DNA of 64,000 nucleotides from Nemertoderma westbladi (Eukaryota > Animalia > Xenacoelomorpha). Both the position numbers and the translations under genes were made by a program. Shown here in pieces: positions 49,139 through 61,524 of the stretch. The notes under the pieces are model-generated. The model saw only the letters and a program-made list of their open reading frames with translations, was not told where the DNA came from and searched no databases. The stretch is from assembly GCA_032718475.1 (NCBI GenBank), contig JAUCBJ010009158.1, forward strand, positions 44,143 through 108,142, given 5' to 3'. The first letter of the stretch is position 1. Every line of letters begins with the position of its first letter.

Positions 49139-49588
49139 TTAGGGGGTAGGTCAATTTATGCAAATAGTCACGTTGGCCCTCTAGCGGCAGACTGGAGAAC
49201 TGCAGATGGATTCGCCTCCTTTGAAAGTCACAGCTAATGGTCTAATACATATCTGCCAAGTTTCAGCTTAAACGGATTAAAAGCAAAGAAATGGGAGGGC
49301 ATTTAATGTTTAGACATGTGGCCCTCTAGCGGGAGACCATTGCACTGATGGTGTCTGAAAGTCTCTCAAAAATCTCAACTTTTGCTCATATTGATACCTA
49401 CAAATTTTCAACTTGGCAGCTTTAAATCCGACAAAGTTATTAGCATGTCAAAATCGTAACGACGACGACGACGACAACGACGACGACGACGACGACAACG
49501 ACGACGACGACAACTATTTGCATAAATTGACCCACCCCCTAACAGTGTCAATTCGCTAAGGCTCCGCCAACTTCGTGGCTCGCCCCAC

Positions 49589-50993
49589 AAATGCCGCCAA
49601 ACTTGAAAACTGATATGGGAAATGACATCAGTGATGAAAAATCTACATATGGAAGATTTTAGCTGTCTGGTCTAATATATTGTATATGGATATGAGCCCC
49701 AGCAAATGTCTGTACACATATAGATTAATTGCTACACGCAGATAATAATTGATGAAACTTTTATACCCAATATTTCTTCTACCTTTATTGGTATCAACAA
49801 CCATCTATAACTACTACTACTACTATCGGCATGTTGCATTGCGGTTGCATTAATTATATCAAGTATATTAAGAAAGATGTGTCGGCTTGTCGATAAAATT
49901 GCTCCACCTCAACTCCCTATCACCCATGACATTTGCTAGATCATCCGCATCTTCAAGTCCAGTGTTCTTAAAATGCGTCTCAAGAAAGTCATGGGCTTAC
50001 CACCATACGTAGTCGTTCCATGAGGCCGCCAAATCACAAGATTATGCTCTGGCTGGTGCACACGGTGAAAGCAATGTCCTACAAGGCGGGGGAAGCTCCG
50101 TTCAAGTAAATGCTTGCGGAGACTAATGAAACACTTCCGATGTTGTTCAGAGTCTGGTTATGGAGATGTGTTCATTGTTCTTGACACAATGACCCCGGCG
50201 TAGCATTATTGTGAATGTGCCATCCAGAGGTTTTGTAAACTCTGCAGTCAGAGACCAGCATGGACTCCCATCTAAGAAGGCTGTCTCTACTGCTGCCCTA
50301 AATAAACTCTAAAAGGTTCAAGTGCGATATCAACAATTGGTACATTTGCAACAATATTATGCGAACTTTTCAGCGTTCTGGTGTTTTATTCTTAACGCAG
50401 TAAAGTACCGTATTGCAGCGTTGCGGCCTATAGGACGAACGTACTTATACTTCTATAACTAACTATCACTAACTTAGTAATAATAATATCTTAAGCACGT
50501 CTGGATTCTTCTGCATAGCTTTTAGCAACCATTATATGCTAATTTTATGATTGTTTACCGTAACTTTGTTGTAATAACTGCAATTAATTAGTGATACAAA
50601 TAAAATTGGATATGAATTACATCACTATTCCTAATTATTCCAATATCAAATAACATGCAGCCATAAGTAATGGAGCTTCTTATGGTTGCATGTCATATTA
50701 TAATATTAATTATTATGTTTTTTTAAAGTCATATCTTGGTCAATTAAGAAATACAATATTAAAAATGGTTGAATTAGTTAGTTAGTTAAATTATTTATAT
50801 GATTTGATTTAATCAATTGAAAATATAAAAGAAATGAAAGTACAATAATTTTTAGTTACTAATTTCATCAAAGAGTCTGTTTAATACAAACTTCACACTA
50901 AATATTGGTACAGAGAGACAAAGGATGGACAAATGAGACGGTTGTAGTAGAAAGGGCACATGGCCCAAAGTTCAAAGCTTTAGAATACATCTC
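49589..50993. repeat. Second copy of the composite satellite/RTE-fragment/AT-rich unit
   Basis: 49589-50650 matches ~20786-21850 (offset ~28.8 kb); 50650-50993 matches ~44780-45113. Confidence 0.88.
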
Positions 50994-53409
50994 GATTTGT
51001 TGCAAATTTTTCGGACTTTCTAATTGTATATTTGGTTTAAGTTCTAGATATTTTTTACCTTCGGAAAATCACAAAAACTATACGGAAGTTTGACAAAATA
51101 TCGTAGTTCGCACATTCCCGATCAAAACTGTCTGTAAGAATGTTTGTTCATGACGTAGTCTGATAATAATGAAGCACATCACAACGCTAACATTTTCGAT
51201 ATGGGGGTTTTCCTATTCTGTGATTAAATTGGTGATGTCTGTTTTGATGTTTGTGGAATCTAGTCTTTCTGTATGTCTGTCTGTCAAAAGTATACCGCAG
51301 ACAGATTAGATTCAGCTAACCAAGAAAACTGACATCAAAAATGAAAATACAGACCACAATTACCACCGTAGCCAAAATATTAGCCACGTAGAGGGCTTTC
51401 TTAAATTTTGACAGACAACAGACAGACAGACAAATATACTGACAAACAGACTACATTTTGTCAAACATGAAATCTGACATCAGAAATGAAGTCGGACACC
51501 AAGAAATAGACATACCCATGATATTAGGTTTATTTTAAGTTTTATTATACGGTTATACGGCTGCATATTATCATATTTCAACCTTACTTCAAGTGCCTCA
51601 AACTATTTAGATAGACCAGCCATTACATGTAAACTCACGTCTGAGATAAAGTTTAAATAAAACATGCAGCCATAAGCAATGGAGCTGTCTTATGGTTGCA
51701 TGTCATATTAGTGGATCCAACGATCATCTATACTACAGAACGGCTTCTCAAAAAAAAATCATAATTCGAAACTCGTATGGTGGAGGCCGACCAAAACAGA
51801 AAGTACAATATCGGTTTGCAGTGACTTATATTCCTACAGCACGTGCGTAATACTTATAATAAACTCAATGTAATCCGTGTATTAGCTACTGGGTTGGGAT
51901 GAAAACAACTCTAATAAGCAATCGGTTTCCAATTCAATAATCTGCTTGACCTTTGATAAGTAATGTGATCCGCTAAACCAGACAACTTTAATTAGCAATA
52001 ATGGGATACCCAGCTTGACTAAGTAATTATATTTAGCTATTAGTACATCCGTTATTAGGAACCGAATCGTTGCTGACTGACTGACTAACTGAAATTTGGG
52101 GCTATCGTTTGGGGCGGTAACAAAGTATATTTGGTGCGAAAACTATGTATTCTGGGAAGAAATAATTTGTGGTCGAAATTAAATTATGTAAGATTGATCG
52201 ACAACAGTTTATATGGCACTAAAAATGATGTCAGATAACGATAAAACACAGATGCCCAAGATTTTAGCTTTGTATGGTGAAATATTATATTTTGACAGAG
52301 ACATAGGCAGACAAACGGACAGATATACAGACAGTCTAGATGCCACCAAACATGAAAACCGTAATCGGGAATGAAATCACAGACTATGAAAACTCCATGC
52401 CATAGGTTTTTGCTATGGGGTGAGAGATACTATATTATGTAAAACAGATCAACAGACAAACGGGCAGACAGACAAACAGTCTAAATGCAACAAACATTAA
52501 AACTGATATCGAAAATGGAGTCAGAATTAACATGTTAAAATTATATAAATCTGAATTTTCCCGAATTATTCGAGAAACATCTACTTAGTTCAACCTACAA
52601 ACTCGCTTCAAAAGTAAAGTTTAAATAAGACATGCAGCCTTAAGCACTGGGACTGTCTTATGGCTGCATGTCTTATTTCATAACTATATACGTCATTGTT
52701 CATAAAATAGCTCATTATAGCGTTACGGTACGAGTGGACAAGCGAATCTAATTTTAATTATTTATGGGGAATTATTTGTAGTTATGCACTTAAAACTTTC
52801 TAGAACAACCTAATAATGACGCGGTGACACGAAATGAATAATGCACAATTTTATAATTTTTCTTATAATTATTGGTTATATGGCTGCCTATTAAATTTCA
52901 ACATTATTAGGTATATTTAATAGGAAAGATTTATAAAGAATAATGCTGAAACTTCAAGTACCTCAAACCTTCCACTACAGCAAAACTCAATCTGAAATAT
53001 AGTTTAAATAAATCATGCACCATAAGCAGTTGAGATGTCTTATGGTTACATGTCATATTATTATAATATATATATATGTTTATTGACTGATATCCGACAA
53101 AAGACATTATTATCATTAAACATTTGAAATTACATATTATTAAATATAAACTTAGTGAAACTAAATAACTTTAGATCTAAAATTAGTCCCTTCAAATTAG
53201 TAACTTGAAAATGTCCCAGTTATTGTCTCGAGTTAGTGTCTTTGCAGTTCTTTGAAAATTTCAGAAATTATTTTGACGATTCTTTCCCCGTTGTTTATTA
53301 ACATAAATTCTGCTACCGTGGAGTAGGATTTTCCCCCCAATAAATCTTTCGTCAGTGAACAACCCGATAACAAGTGTAATTCGTTCTGTACCGACGATCC
53401 ATCATATTT

Positions 53410-56280
53410 GTAGACTCGTTCTTCTCTAGGTACACGTGTCCACCTTCCTGTCTCTACCCTTAACCCTATTAAACCCGGGGGGGGGGGGGGGGGTCAATAT
53501 GACCGCCCCGTGGTATTTTTATTATAATTCTGAAACAAACGCAGTTGGGAATCTGAAATTTTAGGACTTTTCCTAAAATTCTATTGTCTTCATGGTAGTG
53601 AAAACCGTTTTCAAAAACATTGGGTACTTTTCGAGTTATAGCACCATTTTTTAACCCTACTTTTGGCACTTTTTTGAGACGTTTTTTGAAAATTACATTT
53701 CATTACAAATTTTGAAAACCATCAAATATGTCAATTGATTGTGTCACCTTGTTTCTTGCGTTATACGGGTTTGTGATGGTTCTGAATTCAATGGAATCAG
53801 TAAACAGTTCATAAGAGTTCTCAAACTTGTATTTTTCGCCGGTGGGTGAAAATTGTTGTGCCAGCACAAAATTTTGGAAAATATGCAAATTGATAAGTAG
53901 ATAGTATCACCTTGTTTCTTGCGTTATACGGGTTTATGAGGGTCTTGAATCCGATGGAATCAATAAAAACAGCACTGGACATCGCAAACTTGTACTTTTT
54001 GGTGATGGGTACGAAATTTGGTGCTAGCATCAAAATTTGCCAAATTACGCCGAAAAATACAAGTAGCAATGATCTGGCATATTAGAAATGTATTCCATTA
54101 GAATCAGCGCCCTCGAAAACCTGAAAATGTGAATTTATAGCATCGTATAAGTGAATTAAGAATTTTGTGTTTTAACTGAAAAGTGCTGGTTACTTGTTTT
54201 TTTCATTTTTTTCCTACGCAGAGAGGACTAAACAGCCATTTATAGTAATCATATCATTTTTAAATATTTTCCAATGTATTTTGCACGCCAGAAAACCTTA
54301 TTGAAAAATAATTAGCCGAAAATGTAACTTTCAAATTTTGTGAAAATTGTGCACTACTTGTAATTTTGGTGCTGCAATATAACCACCCCAGTAAATTTTT
54401 TCGAAAATTTTTTTTTTCGGTCGGATCCAGACAAGTGATACCTACGTACAAACAAGAAATCAGACGTTTTCGTAAATATTTGTAGATTTTAGAGGGGGGT
54501 TCAATATGACCCCCCCCCCCCCGGTATTTGTACAACATTTTATAGTCCGGTACTAATAGGGTTAAGGATCCTGTTCTGCTCGTGTATGTACGGTTTCTGC
54601 TGATTATATACCTTGTGGATAGTTAGATTAGGGTTTATTTCCAGGTGAGTTGCCAATTTAGTGTGGATATGTGCAGTATCTTTAATTCTACTCTTCAAAC
54701 CATTAATATTTCTAGCTATTATATTACCTTCCGTCAGTTCTAACTTATTTAGATATTTAAAAGCGCGGGTGTTCCCTGTTTTTGCCAGATGATACGCGAT
54801 GTGTGCAGGATCTTCTCGGTGCCACGATTTCTTGAGTCTTCGGATAGAGTTTCTAATATTATTGTCGATGACGGATCCTACCTCGGCCATACCAATCTTT
54901 GTATAGCACAGCACATTCGGTGTTGTTGTTTTAACGCCCAAAAGTATTTTTATCAGTTTACTATATATCTTTTCAATTTCCTTTCTCCCCCGTATTGCTA
55001 ACCAGGTATCGCTGGAATACAGTATCGCTGCCGTTACAGCACAGTCAAGCACCTTTTTCTTTAGACAGAAAGGCATATTTGGATTGCTGGCACAAAATGC
55101 TGCAAACTTGGCTACCTGTTTTTTACTTTCACCTGCGTGTAAATTTATCACTGATTCTATTCTACCATCCTGTGTGAAGAAACCACCCAGGTAAACATAT
55201 TTATCTGTATTAATTATTTGTATACCTCCACATAACAACGGTTGTTTGTCAGCTATAAATCCATTTATGACCATGAACTTACTCTTCTTTTCATTGATTA
55301 CCATATTATGTGACCTACAGAATTTATCCAAAATATTTAGCTTTTCTATACAACTCTCTCGGTTCTCAGCTAAAATAGCAGTATCGTCCATGAACAGGAG
55401 AAGAAGCAAGGCTCCTAGGTATGTGTTAGTAGATGTTAGTGAATCAAACATGGCGACTAGGACATCAATGTAAAGAGTGAATAGAAATAAACTTGATGGC
55501 GCTCCTTGACGCAAACCACTGTCGACACGAATATCAATTGATCTAAGGTTTAAAAACGTCGTCCTTTATATTGCTTTTATTGCATTAATCATATTAAATT
55601 CACAACCGAGAAAAAGTAACTTGGAGATAAGAGTAGACCTAGAGACTCTATCATAGGCTTTAATGAAGTCGATGAACATGATGAATAGTTTCTTGTTCTT
55701 GGTGTAAGCGTAATCGACAACCAAGCGTAGAGCGAGTATCTGTTCACACCATGATCTCCCTTTTTGACCGCCCGCTTGAGCTCTTGACTGTTTGTACCAT
55801 CTCACTAGTCTGTTCGCTAAAACGTAGTCATAAATCTTTGCTAGAGAGTCCATAATCGTGATTCCACGGTAATTGTTACAGTTAAAACGATCACCTGTTT
55901 TATACAAAATACTTAATAAGCTATATGCCCAAACTGCCGGTAAGCATCCGAATATGAATATCGCATTCAATATAAATGTAATAAATGCCACAATATTCAC
56001 TGTTAGATCCTTCCAAAGAGGTGATGAAATTCCTAGCGCTGCCTTGTTCGCTTTTATTGAGTTTATCGCCTCGTCCACTTCCTGTGGTTGTATCGGGTCA
56101 TCCAGGAGTGGTATAACTGGAGCCTGTGAGATGTCAATATCGTCTACGGTATCCCCTTGATTATACAGAAGACTCTCAAAATGGTCTTTAAATTCATCGT
56201 CGGTGGGTTTGTCGATATCATCAGCTTTTTCTCCAAGTTTGCCATTCCAATTTATGGCGCGCCAAACAGATTTCGAATCC
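53410..56280 (-). mobile_element. Degenerate non-LTR retrotransposon (LINE, RTE-X-like by motif), split by a MITE
   Basis: ORFs 55566-56078 (NNYRGITI, QAGGQKGRS, FIDFIKAYDRV) and 54540-55514 (RQGAPSS, LFMDD, YVYLG); the tail LRVETGRWTRVPREERV resumes left of the MITE at 53463. Confidence 0.87.
53464..54561. mobile_element. Non-autonomous piggyBac-type element
   Basis: TTAA at 53460-53463 and 54562-54565; termini CCCTATTA...TAATAGGG; subterminal GGGG-TCAATATGA-CC motifs at both ends. Confidence 0.9.
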
Positions 56281-56745
56281 TATAAATGCCCGTATCCCTT
56301 ATACTGTATACCAAATTTGTTTACATTGTTGGCCTTGTTAATTTCCTTTATATTACGCCACCTAGCGAGGTATGGCAATACTGCTTTTTACCGAATGTAT
56401 ATATAGTGCAATTTAAATCATAATTATCAGACTCGGTATTATTTTACATACCCCACGTTGGGTTGCTAATAGGCCATACTTTTCAGCACTACAACACTAC
56501 ACTACACTACACTACCGGTACATTTACGCTTACACGCCAGCTCTCATTCGCACTCACGTTGGTTATTCTACTATTCTGTTTGATATTGTTATTATTATTG
56601 CTTTGATTGTTATACAATAAACTAACTGCTGAACTGGTTCAACCATCAGAAGAAGGGTTTTCCTCGATGTTATCCCTCAGTTAGATTACAGAGTACTAGA
56701 GTAGCAGACTGCCGCTACTGGCTGACTGGAGAAAGTCACTGCAAC

Positions 56746-57730
56746 CGGTCCTACTAATTACCCAACTTTACCCAAATCTACCCAACTTTACCCAAACTTA
56801 CCCAACTTTACCCCACTTTACCCAACTTTTTACCCAACTTTACCCAACTTTACCCCACTTTACCCAATACCACCCAACTTTACCCAACTTTACCCAATCG
56901 AATACCCAACTACCTATCTGCCGACCAGTGATGCAATACAGTACAGCAGAAGGCTTACTTACTTACTACAGTACCGGACCAGTAGGCCTACTGTCTGACA
57001 TTCTGACATTAGCATTCCAGCAGTCTGTCTGGTAGTTTAATACTGCAGTCTGGCAGTACTGTCAGACTGTCAGACTGTACAGCTGTAATACAGTAGGTCA
57101 TAGTAGGAATGGTTTGTATCAGTGTAGGCCTATGCAGCTATGGCTTCATGTTTATAGCTGTATCCTGTATAGTCATACTCCAGTCAGCCAGTACTTATAA
57201 TCATAACATAACACATCCAGCCAGACATCAATAAAATGATCAATATGGCTGTATGAGGGTGCATTTCGGGGTAGTGATGTTCTATAGAATAGACTTTAGT
57301 TTATTGTTTTGGTTAGAATAACGTGCCACTATAACCTGTTCCTTTCCCTAAATTGAGAATTTAACATTCAGGTTGAGATATGCATCAAGTTTCCCTCTGC
57401 AGCCTTGCCTCCACTCCAATCAGCCATTGCTGCATTGGCAGATCAGCAGATAGGATATGGTAGATAGGCCTAACTACTGAACTAATTGATTAGGCCTGAT
57501 GATGGATTGATGGATTGAAATGATTGGGTAAAGTTGGGTGGTATTGGGTAAAGTTGGGTAAAGTGGATTGGGTAATTGATTGGGTGAAGTTGGGTAAAGT
57601 TGGGTGGTATTGGGTAAAGTGTGGTAAAGTTGGGTAAAGTTGGGTAAAAAGTTGGGTAAAATTGGGTAAAGTTGGGTGAAGTTGGGTAAAGTTGGGTGGA
57701 GTTGGGTAAAGTTGGGTATTTAGTAGGACC
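56746..57730. mobile_element. Foldback/MULE-type non-autonomous element with 10-bp subrepeat TIRs
   Basis: TSD CACTGCAAC at 56737-56745 and 57731-57739; termini GGTCCTACTAA / TTAGTAGGACC; (TTTACCCAAC)n on the left, (GTTGGGTAAA)n on the right. Confidence 0.9.
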
Positions 57731-59077
57731 CACTGCAACGCCGCAATACTTCAGGTCGGTATCATATTTGCCAGCTGGTTACTGCCATTAACTGGCCCGA
57801 ACTCCGGCATTCAACGCACTGAGTGTGAGTGTCTCCCCCGAGTAACCTTATTGCAGTTGTGCTGTCCGTCCGCATTACGCATTAGGCCTATACAGATCAG
57901 TTAAGCCTAATCGTCGTCGATGTTAAGACCCTTCAGCCCTTTGCTTTGTGTGAGCGTGTGTCTGTGTGTAACAGTGTGGTAATGTGCCTGCGAATCCGCT
58001 AAACAACCCACGTAGGGCGCTAGAATCTCTCTAGCACCAACACTGAAAAGTATCTATTTACGTGAGTAAACTAAATGATTTTGTAGGAGTCAAGTTTATT
58101 TTCGCAGGTGGATATTCGCAATTGCAGAATTGCAGTCAAGAAAGACGCGCAGTAAGTTTGCTGCTTAACTGCCTAGACCTGTCTGCCTGTAGTACTGTAC
58201 TGTACACAGTACTGCAGTAGTACCGGTTAAAATAATTGTATTCTTTCTTGTTCCATTTGTTCTGTAATCCCCTCACAGGAACGCCAGCCCTCGTTACGAT
58301 TATAACGTTGATGATATCCTGTGTTTCCAGTCTGTAAATTGTTCTTTATATTTTACGACTGAACGCAATCAGCCTAGCAAACTGATTCCTTGCTTTTTAT
58401 GCAACAAGTTTTCCTTCCTGATCTATATAGTTTAATTTCAGGTTTTCCCCTTTTGTTATGGATCGATCGTTTTTACAGACCGGCCGGCTTTAAATACGAT
58501 TTTTCCACTACAAGAGACATAATACTTAGTCTCTATTTTGGTGGACGGTGTATATAACCTCACCCACCAGGGTACCCCCTTGCTTTATTGTTACTAGAGC
58601 CGCGGTTGTTAATCGGCAACTTATCCACGCACTGTTAGTAGGCCAACTTTCAGATAAGACTCAAGGATTATATAGTTTCTCTAGTCGCTTCCTACTGTCT
58701 GACTGTCCTACATATTCTGGACCACTGTATTTTACTAGTCAGCTAGTCTGCTAGTACAAAATACCTACTACAGTACTAGGTACTGGTAACTACATAGTAC
58801 ATATCCATAGTCTGGACCAATACCGGCTGACCGGTACTTATCAGCTTATTGCATATTGTTCTAAGGACGTTACTGCGTTAGTCTGTTATTGTCTGACGGT
58901 GAAAATTCGCCCTGTCAGCAAATCCACTAAGAATATTTAATTGCTTCTTGCCGCTTTTTCCCAAACGAGAACCCTGTTATGATTATACCTTGTATAACGG
59001 TATAAGCGAATCGTTTGAAGGTAACTTGCGAGTTCAAATATTGGATCGCTTTGTTACATAGTTTGTATATACAGTTA

Positions 59078-59340
59078 GGAACTTTCAGTCCCATTGGGGC
59101 TGGATGTCCAGCCCCAATGAGGCTGGACGAAAATCAAACATCCCATTGAAATTCAATACAAAATGTTATTATAAATGTCGATAAAAAATACAAAACGCCG
59201 GCATTATGAAAGTTACATGAGTAGATAGAGCTCAGTTGGTAGTATCGTTTGTATGCGAAAAAAAATAATTTTTATGTACTGTTTTATTTTAATTACGACT
59301 TTAATTAAATTCCAGCCCCTAATGGGCTGGACAACAAGTT
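59078..59340. mobile_element. Possible small hairpin-bounded non-autonomous element
   Basis: Hairpin CATTGGGGCTGGA-TG-TCCAGCCCCAATG at ~59092-59119 and related hairpin TCCAGCCC-CTAAT-GGGCTGGA at ~59311-59331. Confidence 0.45.
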
Positions 59341-60497
59341 TTTACCAAAGCATTAAAACCTTGGCTCCTTTGGCTGTGATTGACAGACTAATTGCCCTGG
59401 GCTGTCCTGCTAACTGGTGCCTCAGAGAGCTCGGATGGGCATGGGATGGCTAGGATGGAGCATAGCAGCATAACCCAGCCAGCCAGCCTGCCCAGTAGCC
59501 TGTATGCTGGTATGGTATGTAAATGTCTGGAGAGGGTTGAGGGGGGAGTGCCCAGAGCTATTGTTTATTGTATTGTATAGGATAAGGTATCTTTCTTTCA
59601 CTGATATTAATCTTACCTTATCTCTGATAGTTACAGCTGCAGATCTACAGTTGGGTATTCTCAGCGAGATTTGGTTTCCTCATGAAACCAAATCTGGTTT
59701 CACTCTTACTCTAAATTGAAACCAAATCTGGTTTCCTTTGAGATCTCAGGACATCAAAGGATGCCCGACTTTGCTACTGGGATATGAGTGACATGTATCT
59801 GAGAGTCAATTGCCTAACAACAAGCACTGCAGCACTGGCTGGAAATTGGTGTCTCTTCTATTTCATGTATTTAGCCCTGAGGCCATGTTCTCCTGTAGGA
59901 ATGTACCTACTGTTTACAGTAGGTACCTAAACTAAGGCTTTGCTTTATATACACCAGAGTCTTGGTGTAGCTAGCACAGCATTGCCCAAGGCTAATAATA
60001 TACCATAGCCAAGGCAGGTTATTAACCTCCAACCCGCAGTAGTCCACAGTCCTTACAGCCTTAATCAGATACTATTATATTAGTATAGGGATAGTTAGTT
60101 TTATTGTGTGGCCAAACCTGTGCTGCCTGGCTGCTGTATGTTTGTGTGGAAGTAATTAATGGTGGTCAGAGTAAGGAGAGACAAGAGAGTGGGTTTAACA
60201 GTTTAATGTGGAATATGGCTATTGCTATTAATCTCTATGCTTATATCAGTACATGGCTGCAGCCCAATATTGCCAGATATTGGTATTGGGTTTTAGTTAA
60301 GTTTCCAGGTACCTGGCAGCCTGGGCAAACGACAACAGGACATATGTTCCGCGGGACTGTATGTTCCCGGACATTATGTTCCCAAAAATTACCAAAAATG
60401 TGGGAACATATATTCTGTCCGAGTGTAATAATGCAAACATAATGTCCGGAAACATATAATAAATAGGTAATCATAATATTAGGGTGTAAACGTTAAG

Positions 60498-60661
60498 CAG
60501 ACAGTGGTGCAGACAGTGGTGCAGGCAATGGTGCAGACACCTGGTGCAGACAGTGGTGCAGACACTGGTGCAGACAATGGTGCAGACGGTGGTGCAGACA
60601 CCTGGTCCAGACAGTGGTGCAGGCAGTGGTGCAGACACTGGTGCAGACAGTGGTACAGACA
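60498..60661. repeat. 12-bp minisatellite (CAGACAGTGGTG)n
   Basis: About 13 tandem variant copies. Confidence 0.9.
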
Positions 60662-61524
60662 GGGGTGCTGGTCACCTCGCCGCACTGCCACTTCGCCGCA
60701 GGTCACCTCGCCGCAGATAATGTGCGGCGAGGTGTCTTTGCGGCGAGGTGTCTCACTGTGAATGCCATTTCGCCGCAAATTATCGGACACCTCGCCGCAA
60801 GTCAATATTAATCATTTATTTCTATATTTACAGGGAAGCCTATACTAAGCCTAGTTATGGCATTGGACATTATTATAAGAAGAAATAAAATAATACGGTA
60901 AGGTTTGTTGTTCTATTATAATTACTGTATTATTATAGATATACAGTGAGAGTATTTGAGTTACGTATTAGATTATAGTAAAACAGTCCTAATCGTATGT
61001 TTGTCAAAAATGTTGATCAGTTGTTTAAAACAAGTGTGACGTTATGAACGTTAAAAAATTTATATTTAAAATTGTAATGTATGCCTGCAGTATATTTCAC
61101 TAGTTCAAATTTGGAATAAAACATTTCATTGCGAAATTTATCTATCTAATAACTATTTACGTACATGTACAATGCGTATGAATTTTAGTAATGCCGTAAC
61201 TTAAGTTACGGTAACTGTACTGACAGTAAAGTGACGTTATGTACATCGCCAAGGTTAATACTGTATGTTTATGTTAACTGATCACAGTCCTTAATTGCAA
61301 CTCGCAGGGTCTGTTCACATATTGCTAGGGGGAGGGGAGGGCTTCGGGAACATGTGTTCAACGCATACTGCAGTCAACGCAACAGTTATGAACTATGGGA
61401 CCCACCCCCCTCCCATATGTGACAATTTAATATAAAAGAAAAAAATTGCAAATCATAAATGTAAATTTTAAACTGCAAATCTCGTCGTATGTTGAAAGCA
61501 CCCGACCCCCCCCCCCCCCCCCTC

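Larger units (their letters stand above)
46255..49588 (-). mobile_element. Helentron-associated (HINE/DINE-like) or TIR-type non-autonomous element, ~0.5 kb without its insert
   Basis: Subterminal inverted repeats (46277-46316 + 49144-49168 vs 49513-49577); terminal hairpin CGAAGT-GGGG-ACTTCG (46256-46271); (GAC)n microsatellite at ~49459-49512; empty site TGTAC|AAATGCCGCC at 20781 shows no obvious TSD. Confidence 0.68.

Noticed and set aside
51727-51740. A|TCTATACTAC resembling a canonical Helitron 5' end (and CTAG|T at ~9345 as a 3' end)
   Set aside because: No matching opposite terminus or empty site identified; too short to support.
56281-56700. Possible solo LTR truncating the LINE (TATA-like and AATAAA motifs)
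   Set aside because: No defined termini, TSD or second copy in the window.
57482-57738. Pro/Thr-rich repeat ORFs (also 60479-60811)
   Set aside because: Translations of 10-bp and 12-bp tandem repeats.
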